Source of the DNA: Eledone cirrhosa
Lineage: Eukaryota
Assembly: GCA_964016885.1 (NCBI GenBank)
Contig: OZ024741.1
Coordinates: 434,001 to 498,000 of the forward strand
Direction: 5' to 3'
Length of the DNA stretch: 64,000 bases
Under the pieces are notes generated by a model that saw only the letters and a list, made by a program, of their open reading frames with translations, did no database searches and was not told the origin of the DNA. The translations under genes and the position numbers were made by a program. Positions 24,001-37,799 of this stretch are shown piece by piece. Every line of letters begins with the position of its first letter. Within the stretch, counting starts at the first letter, position 1.

Positions 24001-24635
24001 CTGATTTTGATATCAGTAGATTACTGGGCCAAATCAAGTTATGTTAGAATCTTTAAAAAATACTCGTACGAATAAATACGAAAAAGTTTCAATCCAAAAC
24101 AAAAGCAAGCTATTTCAAATTATATATTTTTGAAAAATAGACATGAATGTTCTCAAAAATTTGATTTCAGTCGAAAAAGCTTCTTTTTTTTTTAAATTCT
24201 ATATTTCACTGTTAGCTGTTGTAATATTTTGAGTGGATAGACAATTCTACAATTCAAACTGTAAAGTCAAAATACAAAAGATGCAATATATGAAGAATTT
24301 CTTACCTTTCTCTGAAATCACAAACTCTGGGGAAAAATAGTACCTTGCAAAATAAAATACCTCGTAGCAAAATAAAATACTTAGTAGCAACGAATGAATT
24401 GAGAAGCTTGGTAACAGTGAGAAAGCATTATATGTATCCCTTATATATATAGATAGATAGTCACACACACACACACACATAAACCTGCACGCTCACACAC
24501 ACACACACATACATACATACACACACACAAACTTGTGTCTGTGCTTTGGTTTTGGTACAGAAATAATTTTGTCTCCAGTTTTTATTGCCAGGTCAAAGGC
24601 CACTGCTCTTTTCAACGATGCCAAATAACAACGCC

Positions 24636-24668
<33 letters not shown>

Positions 24669-24675
<7 letters not shown>

Positions 24676-25672
24676 GTGAGGTTTTTTTTTAACAAAATGA
24701 AAAATAACCGAGGTGTCCTACACAAGTGAAAGTATAAGGAAAAAAGATGAAATCGAAAAAGCAACTGGAGTCTTTTTTTTTTTTAAATATATATATTTAT
24801 TTGGTTCCTTTACCGGTTTTGCAGTTCTGCTTTTCAAAAGTAGAATTGAGATGGAGGGTCTGTGGTTTTTCTCACATCTGGTTGGTCTTTGAATGTTACT
24901 TGTTTTATATGGAAAAAAGTGGCTCGAAATGCCAGGTTTTTAGAGAGGTAGTTTGATTGGTTGGTGAATAAGTATAATAAATTGTGCGCCAGTTCGCGTT
25001 ACAAAGTTCTTCAAACAGGGGGGGGGGGGGGGGGGGCTCAGGTTGTTTTTCCATATATGAGTAAAGTTTGGTTGGTTGATGCAGTCATGTGAATAAGCAC
25101 ATCAGCTTTCGCGCCAGTTTGTGTTTGAATTTCTTCTTACTTAAAGAAAAGTGGCTCACGAAGCCTTTTTTTTATAAATGTAATTTGATTGGTTATAAAT
25201 GAAATTATGACTGTCACGTGAACAAGTTCATTAAATTTCGGACCCGTATTTGGGAATTTATTTTGTAGCCTTTTAGAGAATTTTGTGCCAAACAAAAGAT
25301 AATGGTCAAGGGAAATGGGATGGGGAGAATTGTTCTGGTTCAGTGAATATGGTTGGTGTGCTGGGGTGTCAGAATTCAGACTTTCTATTGAAATAAAGAA
25401 AGTAGAGATATGTATGTTTATTTGTGTGCTTGTGTGTGTGAAGGAAGATGATTCTATTAGTAGAAATGGGGGAGGGAGTTGTGTGTGTGTGTAAATGGGT
25501 GTTATGTGTGTGTGTGGGGGGGGGGGGGGAGTATGGTTAGCATGTTAAGATGGAAAGAATATATATATTTTGTGTGTGTGTGTGTAGGAAAGTGATTCTA
25601 TTAGTAGAAATGGGGGAGGGAGTTGTGTGTGTGGGAGTATGGTTAGCATGTTAAGATGGAGAGAATATATAT

Positions 25673-25707
<35 letters not shown>

Positions 25708-28700
25708 GAAAATGATTCCATTAGTAGAAATAGGGAAGGGAGTTATGTGTGTGTAGGGTGTGTGGTTAGTATGTTAAGGTGTTAGAGTATTAACGTATGT
25801 TGAGGTTTATTTAGTTCTGGTTTTTATTTTCTAAAGTAGGAGGTGTTATGTGTGTGTGTATGTATGTGTCTGTTTGAATGGTTAGCATGTTATGGTGTTG
25901 ACATAATGTATATTAAATTATATTTAATGCTAGTCTATATTTTTGAATAAACATATTTTCCTTATTTATTCATATTTGTTCTGTTGTCAGCGCAAAGATA
26001 AAATGGGAAGACTTGGAATTTGGGTGTCTTATTACTTGCGCATATGTCTAGATGTGCACTTAGTGGTATCTGTCTCGTGGTTGGATCTCGTAATTGTTGG
26101 TGATGAACTATCATTCTGTTTCTGAGTGTGAGTTTAGTTTGTCCTATATAATCTTCATTGCATCCTTTACCTTTAATGGCATAAATTAGATTTTTTGATG
26201 AGCAAGTGAAGTGATTTTTTTTTACAGCAAAATTTTGTCCCGATTGAAATGTATACGCGTTGCTTTCAATGAGGTGAGTGCAGGTTCCACAATTAGAGTG
26301 ACCACATTTTTTGACAGTTGGTTGTGGGTTTGTGGTAGGTAATTTGGCATTGGTGAGTAATGTTTTTAGTGATTTCGGTTGTGTTTTGCTTTTGATTATT
26401 TTGTGTGTTTCAAGGGCTTTTTTCATTCTTGGGTCTTGTTTCAATAGTGGGATGTTCTTGTGAATAGTGTTGTAAGCTTCCGCATTTCTTGGGTTGTGTG
26501 TTGAGATATATGATAGAATATTGGACGTACCTTGAATTTGTTTCTGTTTTCCTAATTCATCAATGCCTATTGCTTTAGCTCTTTCTAAAATAAAGTACCA
26601 GTAATACACTGGGCAATTGCTGGCCTTGTGCCAAAAGTAGAAACAATTATTTATTAGTAATGGTGGGTACTGTCTTTCGAGTAGAATTTCCTTTAATTCT
26701 TGAAGTCTTTTATTTTGCATTTCATAATTGGAGACAATTGTGCAAATTCTTCTTGCTAGGTTAAAAGGGATGTTCGTCTTTGTGTGCTTTGGATGGTTGG
26801 AGGTGAATAGCAGGTATTGTTTGGAATCTGTTGGTTTGTAGTGTATGTCAGTTCAATATTTGTGTCTTTTTTAAGATTAAGATGTCCAGAAATGGGAGTT
26901 GATCTTGGCTGTATTCCATTGTGAATTGGATGTGGTTATTGATGCCGTTAATAAAATTTTTGAAATTAAAATTTTGAAATCATTTAGTTGGTCGAGTGTG
27001 TGAGACCAAAGAATGAGACAATCATCCAAGTAGCATTTCCAATTCTCTGATAAATACTTGTGGAAGTTCAATCCGTATTTTGATTTGGACTGTTCATATA
27101 TCTGGACTTCCAAGTATGCCATGACTAAGTTGGAGCGGCTTTTGTACCCATCGCAATCCCCGATATTTGCTTGTAAGTGCTGCCATCGAAATCAAAAAAG
27201 TTCTGTAAAATAAATTTTAATCCCTCGCTGATGAAGCTTTTTTCTATTCTGTCAGGTATCTCATTGGGATATTTCTCTAGCCAGAATCCTATTGCTTCTA
27301 GTCCGTATTGGTGTGGGATCGTTGTGTAGAGATTCACTACATCGAAAGACACAATAATAGTGTCGTTGTTGACATGTTTGGGGAGGTGGTTTAAGAGGTC
27401 CAGATCGTCTCTTACAAGGCTTGGTATGTGTTTGAGAATAGGTTTTAGTAGTATGTCTATAAAGTTGCTTAGTCTGTGTGTTTCACATTGTGGGCTCGCT
27501 ACAATTGGTCTTAATTTAAGGTCTGGGGTATTGTGTTCACGCAGGTTGAGGTGGATTGTTTACAGGCATCGTTAATTATTTTACACTTGTGGATCTTCGG
27601 AAGTCCGTAAACGTTGCTGGTTTTGTATTCAAAATGTGTTAAATAATCGCGTTCGTTTTTAGTTGTCTTCCTGGTATCGACAAATTAATGTGTTTAATCT
27701 GGTCATCGTTTTTGATTGTTGGTAGTTTTTTACTCTTTCATAGTAGTTAGTATTTTATGAGAGAGAGAACATAGAATTTTTATATTGTTCAGCATCCATA
27801 ATGACGACAGTACTTCCCTTGTCCGCTTCCTTAATTATAATGTCTGTATTTTTAGTTCATGGATAATCTCCCATTCCCTTCGACTCGTGTTGGGTTTAGG
27901 TTGCGGTAGTTCATGGTATGGGAAAGTTGCTATGTGGTCACAAAATTTGTCCAGAACTCTGTTTCTACCTTTTATTGGGTTGTAGCTGCTTTTATTCCGT
28001 ACAATTGATTGGTCGTTATTCTCCTTGTCAAAAATTTCTCTGTGTGACGTAATTTTCTACAGAAGTGTGAGATATCGTCATTTATCTCGTTGAGGTTAGA
28101 GTATTGTGGTGTTGGGGTGAATTTCAGTGCTTTGGAGAGAATTTTAATTTGTTGGGCTGAGAAGTTTGTATTTGAAAGGTTGATTATTTTCGGTTTTTCA
28201 AAATCGGTTTGTGCCACTGGGGGTTGTGGGTCCTGTAGCCTTGGTCTAAAAAATAATTTTTCTGAATTGTTTTTTCATGGGTATTATTATATCTAATGGC
28301 ATTTCCCCTGTTGTGTAGTCTTGTATAGAAGTTTCGGACGTATTGAGGTTCGGTTTGTTGATAGACCGGGTTGTAGATTTTGTTCCTTTGTGTGGGTTGG
28401 GATCTACGATTTTGGAACAGGTTCTGTGTGGGTTGGGGTCTACGGTTTTGGAATAGGTTTTGTGTGGGTTGTGATCTGCGGATTGGGTCCTGTCTTGGGT
28501 TGGGGGATCTTCGGTTTTTGTTAGTAGGGTTATAGTTTTGTCTATGGGTTCTGGGATTATCGTCATGGTTTTGCTGGGGGTATGTTGGATGTTTTGTTAC
28601 TTTTTTTGTTATTTGTTGTGCGTGTGGTGTGTGAGTTTTAGTTTGTTTTAAAAATGGGTTACCTGTATGTTGTTCGTTTTTGAAATCCATTTCGTAGTTG

Positions 28701-30254
28701 TTGAACCAGGTGGCGTTTTTTTCCCATCGCTGAAGGGATGTTGGTTCTTCATCCTCACAATTTTCTTTCCAAAGTTTTAAGGTTTTTTCATAGAGTAGGC
28801 CTTCAGAGTGCCTTCAGATTTCTGTTTCCATCTGTTGGTCGAGTGACTTGAATTTTTCTTCGTTGTAGTTGGCTCTTAACCACAATAGTTCTATTTTTAT
28901 TTTAAACTTTTCTAACGCCATCTTTTCCCTAAGTCTTTGTTGGTTTTCTGATTCATTCGGGATGGGTTTTATTTGGAGTTTTTTGGGGGAGGATGATTGG
29001 GGTAGAGTTTAGCCACTTTTCATATATGTCTGCCATGCCATTATTTTTTAAGAGATTCCAAAAGGCGAATTTGCGGCTGTGAGCTTTTGAGTCCATATAT
29101 TGATTAGGGTGTTTTTCACTGAGTGGACATCTCGTAGATTGGGTTCTAATGGTTGTTCCAGCTTTTGGAGCATTGCTGTTTCAATGGTTTTGAAGTAGTT
29201 TAGTTAATGCTGGAGTAATATTCGTCTCTTGGTTATTTTCTGCTTCTTCGTGGGGTCCTTTTTTATAGATATGTATTTGGTCCACTTTGTTGGTCAGAAT
29301 TGAAAGTTTAGAGGAAATCTCTTTGAGTTCATTTAAGATGTCCTGGTTCAGTGAGTTGTCGTTTTGTTGAGACTTTGGTGGCATTTTAGGTCTTCGTGTG
29401 GTGGGTATATATTAGAAAGTGAGGTTTTTTGGGGGTTTTTTTTTTAAGAAAATGAAAAATAACACATAACTCCCTCCCCCATTTCTACTAATAGAATCAC
29501 TTTCCTACACACACACAAAATATATATATTCTTTCCATCTTAACATGCCAACCATACTCCCACACACACACATACATACACACACAAAATATATATATAT
29601 TCTCTCCATCTTAACATGCTAGCCATACTCCCACACACATATACACACACACACATAACACCCATATACACACACACACATAACACCCATATACACACAC
29701 ACACAACTCTCTCCCCCATTTCTACTAATAGAATCATCTTCCTTCACACACACAAGCACACAAATAAACATACATATCTCTACTTTCTTTATTTCAATAG
29801 AAAGTCTGAACTCTGACACCCCAGCACACCAACCATATTCACTGAACCAGAACAATTCTCCCCATCCCATTTCCCTTGACCATTATCTTTTGTTTGGCAC
29901 AAAATTCTCTAAAAGGCTACAAAATAAATTCCCAAATACGGGCCGAAATTTAATGAACTTGTTCACGTGGCAGTCATAATTACATTTATAAAAAAAAGCA
30001 TTCGTGATACACTTTTCTTTAAGTAAAAAGAAATTCAAACACAAACTGGCGCGAAAGCTGATGTGCTTATTCACGTGACTGCATCAACCAACCAAACTTT
30101 ACTTATATATGTAAAACAACCTGAGCACCCCTTTGTTTGAAGAACTTTGTAACGCGAACTGGACGCAAAATTTATTATACTTATTCACCAACCAATCAAA
30201 CTACTTCTCTAAAAACCTGGCACTTCGAGCCACTTTTTTCCATATAAAACAAGT
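24669..30254 (-). mobile_element. Neptune-type Penelope-like element, degenerate, with 3' pLTR and inverted partial pLTR at its 5' end
   Basis: Minus-strand IINLS..LKFTPTP, ADKGSTVV (~27810), SFDVVNLYT, GIAMGTKAAP, YLDD, CGHSNCGTC linker and NLIYAI...YIGQT. 24898-~25630 is the reverse complement of 29463-30254. 24669-24710 recurs at 29411-29463. (TA)n lies at the 3' end. Confidence 0.9.
24808..24840 (-). ncRNA. Minimal hammerhead in the Neptune pLTR, U3-A8 variant, G12 decayed
   Basis: Minus strand: ctt TTGAAAA gca-gaac-tgc AAAAC cg GTA aag; palindromic stem III accggt; GAAA appears as AAAA at a former CpG. Confidence 0.55.
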
Positions 30255-32600
30255 CATCATCATCATCATCATCATCATCACCGTTTTACGTCCGTTCTTC
30301 CATGCTAGCATGGGTTAGACGGGTTATCCTGTTGTGGGCAGTCTGGTCGGCTGACCATGCCTTGCTCATACAGGAACTGATTTTGGCTTGATTTCTACAG
30401 CTGGATGCCCTTCCTAACACCAACCTCATTTACAGTGAGTGCTGGGTGCTTTTTCCGTGGCGCCTACACGTCCACTTTACAGTGTGGGCTGGGTGCTTTT
30501 TTGCCGTGGCACCTCCACGACCACCTTGCAGTGGGAGGGTGTGGGGGCATATTGTCTATATGCTTCAGCTTGTACCCATGGGAGGTCAGGTACTCTGTAT
30601 TACTGCGTGACGCCAGAGGTCACGGTCGTGTGTCATCGCCTTTGAGAGGTGTAATTGGGTAAAGTCGGCTTTTATCACCTCATCCCAGGTCTTCTTGGGT
30701 CTCCCCACTCCGCGGTTTCCATTGACTTCTAGTGCTCTGCACCTTTTTATGCAGCTGTCATCCTTAATATGCATCACATGTCCATACCAACGCAACCGCC
30801 TATCCTGCACACAGCATTTGATTCCTCTTATGCTCAGTCCCTCTCTCAATTCATTTATGCTTTGTCGTTCGCGTATATTACTGTTACACATCCATTGGAG
30901 CATGCAGGCTTCGTTTCTTTCTAATCTACGTAAGTCTTCCACCTTCAGCGCCCAGGTCTCACTACCATGTAACATTGCTGTTCGGATACACGCATCATAC
31001 AGTCTGCCTTTCATTTTGAGAAAGAAGCCTTTTGCAGCTAGCAGTGGCAGTAGTTCTCTGAACTTCTTCCATCCCGTTCTTACCCTAGTTATTGTACTTT
31101 CTGAACACCTACCTCCGCTGCTAATTCAGTCACCTAGCTAGCAGAAGCTGTCTACTGTTTCTACAGAGCCCTCCCAGAGATTGGTGGTACTTGTTTCCTG
31201 TGGCTGTTTGCTGCATGTGAAGACTACATTCTTAATTAAGCTTCCTGAGATCCCGCTACATCTCTTGTGTACCCATTGTTTGCATTTGGGGCAGAGAATG
31301 GAGTTCCTACCTACACCTTTCCTACATACTGAACAAGGCCATTTCCCTGAGGGGATCTAGGTTCTGTTTTCTCGTCTACTTACAAGGACCTTAGTCTTTG
31401 TCATGTTGACTTTGAGACCCTTTCTTTCTTGTCCCTGCTTCCAAGTTTGGAATTTCTTCTCTAGTTTTACCATAGATTCAGCTATAAGTGCGAGGTCATC
31501 AGGGCATCCGGTCTTAAACTCCTCCATTATTGCCTGCAGGACTATGAGGGACAGGAGAGGGCTAAATTCCTCGCTATACTCATTGCTAATCCTAACTTTG
31601 CTGACTGCTCCCCTATACATGGCTTGTAGAGCTTTCACAAGCCATTCATCTACTCCTAGTTTTCTAAGAGCCCACCAGATTACAGCACGTGGAACTCTGT
31701 CAAAGGCTTTCTCGAGATCAACGAATGCCAGGTAGAGTGGCTTACTTTTCCTGTAACTGCCTCACAAGGAAGAGGGCATCAGTGGTGCCTCTTCCTGGTA
31801 CAAACCCAAATTGCATCTCATCTTGTTTCACCCGGTCCCTAATCAACTGTGCTATAACTCTTTCTGTTACTTTCATGACCTGGTCCATCAGCTGTATACC
31901 TCTATAGTTTCCTCTATCTAGTGCATCACCTTTACCTTTGTAGCAGTTGACAATGATGCTACTGCACCAATCTTTTGGTATGACACCATCTATTATTACC
32001 TGGTTAACAATACGTGTGGTTATAGTGTGACCTACAGACCCAGATGCTTTCAGCCTCTCAGCAGCTATACCCGATGGACCAGTTGCCTTCCCCATCTTCA
32101 TATCTTTGATTGCCTTACTTACTACGCTGCTGCTGACTTGTACTGCTGGCCCCTCTATAGGGTCTACTTGGGGTAGGGTCTCTTCTTCCCATGCATTCTC
32201 CTCATTTAGTAATCTATCATAATAGCTCTTCCATGCATCTTTCTTCTCAGCACTTGTGAGGGCAAGCTCACCTTTATCATTCCGGATACACTTCTCTCCA
32301 ATGACATCACAATTCTCTCTGACACACTGCCTCGCAATCTTGAACACCTCCTGTTTCTGGTCTTCACGTTGCAAAACATGCTTGAATTTTCTATCCTCTG
32401 CTTCCCTCCTAGCTAAGTATACTTGTCACCTAGCTTCTCTCTTGGTCTCCATGTAATGTACCCTGCTCCCCCCATTCTTCCATTCTTTCCATGCCTGTCT
32501 CTTGGCCTTAACTGCCTCATCTACCTTATTGTTCCACCACCAAATCACTCTCCTCCTGCTTGTGGTCTTACTCCAGCCACAGACCTCACCCGTCGCCTCT
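30255..32600 (-). mobile_element. RTE-clade LINE, 5'-truncated with 3' UTR
   Basis: Minus-strand ORF pieces 31742-32374, 31357-31638 and 30586-31014; WPCSVC PHD-like finger; tail and (gat)n at 30255-30540. Confidence 0.9.
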
Positions 32601-33558
32601 AGTAATATATATATGAATGTATATATAGTGTATTTTGCAATACACTGTATGCTTAATTAAAAGCATTTTGAAGACCTCACGCTATTGTTTTAAAGTAGTG
32701 AGGGCACTTGGTTGTTCCAGCACTTCAGCCTCGCCATCACTCCAGGTAACTCTGTGAGTGTGCTGGCTTGCCTCAAAAATTATTAGAGAGGTTTCCCAGT
32801 GCTCCTTACTATATTGTTATCTTTTGCTCTGGTAGCAGCTCGTTTGTCCACTCCTTTCACCTACATTTTGTTCTATGTGGTCTAAGATGTGTGTGTGTTA
32901 TGTGCTTGTGTGATTTTTCACTTTCTTTTTATCCTTTCCTTTTCCTTTGTATATCTGTTAGAACACGAAAAGTGTGAAACAACAGGATGTTCACTTTTCG
33001 TGTTCTAACATATATGCCTAACATCTTCATAAATTTTTCGGGGATAGCCGTGGTGGTGGTGATCGTATGTCATTGGCTAATTTTCAACCAATCAGAGTAA
33101 GTGTTGATATATATATATATATACTATTCCCCCTCTCTCTATATATATCTTACGCTTTCGCTTTACACTCCTCCCCTTCAATAACACATTTCCCCCTCTC
33201 TATATATCTCTTCCACTGTTACTTACGCCTGTTTCTCTCTATCTGTTCCGTCTCTATATATATATCTCTCTTACTCTTTCGCTTTGCACTCCTCCCCTTC
33301 AATACCATCTCTCCCCCTCTCTATATATTTGTTACTCTATCGCTGCACGCTCCTCTCCTTCAATATATCAATTACACACGCTTTACACTCCTTTATCCCC
33401 AGCGCCCCTATATATACACCCCCCTCCCGCATCTATATTTTAATGTTCCGTTGCACCGTGAATATATGTGTCTATATATATATACATATATATTGTATAT
33501 ACACATTCATGTATGTGTATACACACTCATGTATGTATATACACTGGTTTTATGTGTG

Positions 33559-33681
33559 TATTGTAAATTTGTACTGTTAAAACACGAAACTAACATTCGA
33601 TTGACACTTTGATTACCTGTACAGGCAATAGTTATTAGAATGCTGTTGAAGTGTGTATATATTTTTGGGGGACATCCTGTA
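33559..33681. mobile_element. Tc1/mariner-like terminal fragment (duplicated near 39554-39676)
   Basis: Ends in gggggacatcctg followed by TA, the reverse complement of a CAGG(A/G)TGTCCC-type TIR. Confidence 0.4.
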
Positions 33682-34447
33682 TATACACACATTATATATA
33701 ATACAATAAACAGATAAATACACACATATATATATGAGCTTATTTAATTATAAATATTGTGAATTTTTAACTCAGTTCAATTATATATATAAATGGCTTC
33801 TACAGGACTAGAACTGTTTCATTCGAAAGAAATCATCATAATATTGAGAGGGGGGACTAGATAAAATATTTCAAATCAAATGTGTATAAGTTATAAGTTA
33901 AAATGTATAAATAGAGACGATAGTGGAGGTATATCTGTTTAGTGGAACAGTAGACGATAGAATTAAATACAGACGAGAATCTCCCTTTAATGAAACAGCA
34001 GACGATAGAATTAAGGCAATTTAAATTTTAAGCATTTGCATTTCATCGTTACGGGGTCGATAAAATAAAGTACCAGTAATACACTGTCACTATAAGTAGA
34101 CGACTTTCAAATTGAATTGTTGGTTCCATTTCTTTAGTATTTTCAATTGTAGTTATCTACTTAAAAAGCGTTACACGGTTAGAGACATAATTCGTAAGTT
34201 ATATCTTCCCTATTAAACCATTGCATTATTTCGCCTACAATAGAACAAAAATGAAATGTTTTTAAAGAAACAGGAATATAACTTTATAAAAAAAAAAGTT
34301 GCATCCGCTTCTTTTATCATTGATAATTTTTTCGTTTTAATATTAATTGTTTTTTGTAGTTGTTTATATTAAAAATCTTACTGTAATATTTACTTAAACG
34401 AAGGCAGACATCTAAACTTATAGATTAATCTTGAGCGAAGGACTAGA

Positions 34448-34813
<366 letters not shown>

Positions 34814-35009
34814 GAATTTCTCCTAAGTATTCAATACTCTGTTGAGAAATACATTTTACATAAACAGTCTTTGTACCATTTATACGGTATTAATTACTTA
34901 TATTTATATATATATATATATATATATATAGCGTATGATTAGAACTGTGTTTATTATTAATATTTTAATGGATTTAATGAAAAATTTTAGGTGTTCATAT
35001 GTATATTCT

Positions 35010-35071
35010 AAAACTGCGCGTAATCGTGAATCCGCGATAGTTGAACCGCCAAGTAGCGAGGTATCACTGTA
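35010..35071. mobile_element. Pogo/Tigger-like terminal fragment
   Basis: cgaggtatcactg followed by TA, the reverse complement of CAGTGATACCTCG. Confidence 0.45.
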
Positions 35072-35589
35072 TATATGTTTAAATATATAGTGTAGCTGTG
35101 ATGTATCTCGCGAGTGAATCGAGACCTGTCACTGATTTTGGTGTCCCCACTGCCGATGTGAATGAGCAACGCTGCACTTGTGAATTGGGTCTTGATGTTG
35201 CAGGCAGTTCATATACTTACAATGATGCGGTCCCACAAGCTTGTTCACATTCCTGTGCTAATAATCTAGATGGGCGTATTAAATTGGATGTGAAAGCAGC
35301 TTACCGGATGCGGAATCGGGAGAAGTTGAGACAAAAACAGGCCGATTATAGAGCTGTGAATTTTGCTAAATTAACACAAAAACAGGCCAAGTATGGATGT
35401 TCAAAACGGTATGAGTTGGCAAACAAGCAGGCCAAGTATAGATCTGCAAATTCAGCTATTATATCACAAAAGCAAGCCGAGCGTAGAGCTTCTAAACGTA
35501 CCGAGTTGGCTAAAGAGCAGACCGAGTACAGATCTGCAAATATCTTATTGCACAAACAATAATTCTGCACAAATGTTGCTCCATTATTT

Positions 35590-35770
35590 TGGCAGTATTG
35601 GTAGAGGGTCGGATGCCATGCTTTCCAGCATAGTTACGTCCCTTTACGATCTGAGTTCAAATCCTGCCGAGGTTGACTTTGCCTTTCATCCTTACGGGGT
35701 AGATAAAATAAAGTACCAGTAATGCACTGGGTAATTGCTGGCCTTGTGCCTAAAGTAGAAACAATTATTA
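35590..35770 (+). mobile_element. SINE family B, near full length (other copies 37075-37250, 40887-41060, 49010-49120, 51165-51310, 55448-55635 minus, 60965-61180)
   Basis: A-box-like tggcagtattgg, B box gagttcaaatcc, conserved gcctttcatcc..gtcgataaaataaagtaccag block and an (att)n end. Confidence 0.8.
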
Positions 35771-35954
35771 GATCTAATGTTGCAACGATACCGTTAAATG
35801 TTGTCTGTGTATTTTAAAAAAGATTTGCTTATAATCTTTTCAAATTTCATTACGCCAATGATTCAAGCTCAAATTGACATTATCTAAAAAATTGTACAAA
35901 CAGCGGTGGATTAGCAGTAGTGAACAGATAAATCAGTCAATTTATTAAGATTGA

Positions 35955-36608
35955 CTTGGCATCAATCAGCAAGACCTTCATTAGCTGCTCTCCAGCCATC
36001 TATTTAAAGCTGTATACATCTATGGTACGAATACACTTGGAGTTCGTGTCATCAGTCTGGAACCCCTATCTTGCTCAGAACATTGACCTCCTGGAAACTG
36101 TTCAGAGACATGCAACCAAGCGCATACCCTCCATCAGACACCTACCATACCCTGAATATTTTGCTTCCCTCTGGCAATGGACTTGGTAAACACCCACAAA
36201 GTTATTAACCATCCGACCAACAACAACCCCGAACACCTTTTTGATCTCCATGTGTCTAACACGTGGACATGCCTACAAAGTCAGAAAACAACACAGCTCC
36301 CATGACTTTAGGAAATATTTCTTCATGCTCAGAGTTGCTGAAGGATGGAACAAACTTCCTGCATCAGTTGTTAGCTGATGACACACTGCATCCTTTAAAA
36401 CCATCATACATTCCGAAATACACCAAAACTACACCTGATGTCCCCCTTCCATACACATGCACATATGTGTATATCATGACTCATGCACTGTTCTTTTTTC
36501 CTGACGTTTTTATATTACCCTATGTATTATATATGCACTTTTGATGAGTTGTAGTGCACCTCAGCATTGTACACAATATTTTCATTATTATTATCATTAT
36601 TATTATTA
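35955..36608 (+). mobile_element. CR1-clade LINE 3' fragment
   Basis: LYTSMVRIHLEFVSSVWNPY...LETVQRHATK and TRGH, with an (att)n tail; same family as 43370-44690. Confidence 0.85.
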
Positions 36609-37799
36609 CACTCATTGATCCATTTTGCACTAACTCTGCATCAAGCACCCTCACCTAAATATTAACCAATCAAGGATCCAATACAGCTATCTGTTGGATG
36701 AGTATTGTATAGTGCCAAAAACGAAACCAATCAGTTTAGCAGAAAATTTCCAGACAAGAAACACGCATATTTTGCTATCCTCAAACACGTTTACACATGG
36801 CATGAAATATAACTAATCCGAGATGGCTAGGTTTCATCTTCTAACTGGATATACGAAATCCATTATGTCTTGACAACAACATGAGGTAACATTATGTTAT
36901 TCACAGACACACTTTGTACACTGTTCCATATCAGAATGTATTTCCTTCGTCACATTCACAAACAGTATTGAAAATATGTTCTTCGGCAAATAAAAATGTT
37001 TTGTTCATAATATTTCAACTAGCGATTGCTCTACTCCACGCACGACCACCATAAATTAATGACCAGCTCAACACAAGTATTGGTAGAGCGTCAGACACCA
37101 TGCTTTGCAGTATTGTTATGGTCCTTTGCATTCTAAGTTCAAATCCTGCCGAGGTTAACTTCGACTTTCATACTTACTAATTCGATAAAATAAAGTACCA
37201 GTAATGGACTGCCGTAATGGATTTGTGCCGAAAAATAGAAACACTATTAATGTGCAATAAGAGCAAAATATAACGACATTGCTCAATTATTTTATCTAAT
37301 GTTGTAATAACACAAGGAAATGTTGTTTGTGTATTTTTTTTTATATTTGCTCATAGGCTTTTACAATTTCGCTCAGCCAACAACTATTAAAAAGTGAGTT
37401 GCTTAAGATAACAATTTAATCACAAATTGTTGCTATCTTTTAATACACTCCAACAAGTCATCAAATTATGTACAATAAAAACAAATCTTATTAATTTGCT
37501 CAGGGAATATAAAGAAAATGTATATACACTGATAATTGCAATTGTATGTAAATATTTTGTTTTTGTATTGTTTATTTTATGTTTTCTATTATGTATAATA
37601 TATTGATTTAATATTGATTGTTTTTTGTAGTTGTTTATATTAAAAGTCTGAAAATATTTTTATACATCTTACACTAATATTTATAAGATAATTTATAATA
37701 ACAATTACATAATCTAATTACATTACAACGATAATTTATTATTAATATATATCCTGTTTAACTAGAGTTATTACAAGCGTTGCCTTAAAAAAATATTAA

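Noticed and set aside
33800-33846. Hammerhead-like motif on the minus strand (ATGATGA...GAAAC...GTC), duplicated near 39795
   Set aside because: C3 is missing and stem I cannot form; at best a destroyed remnant.
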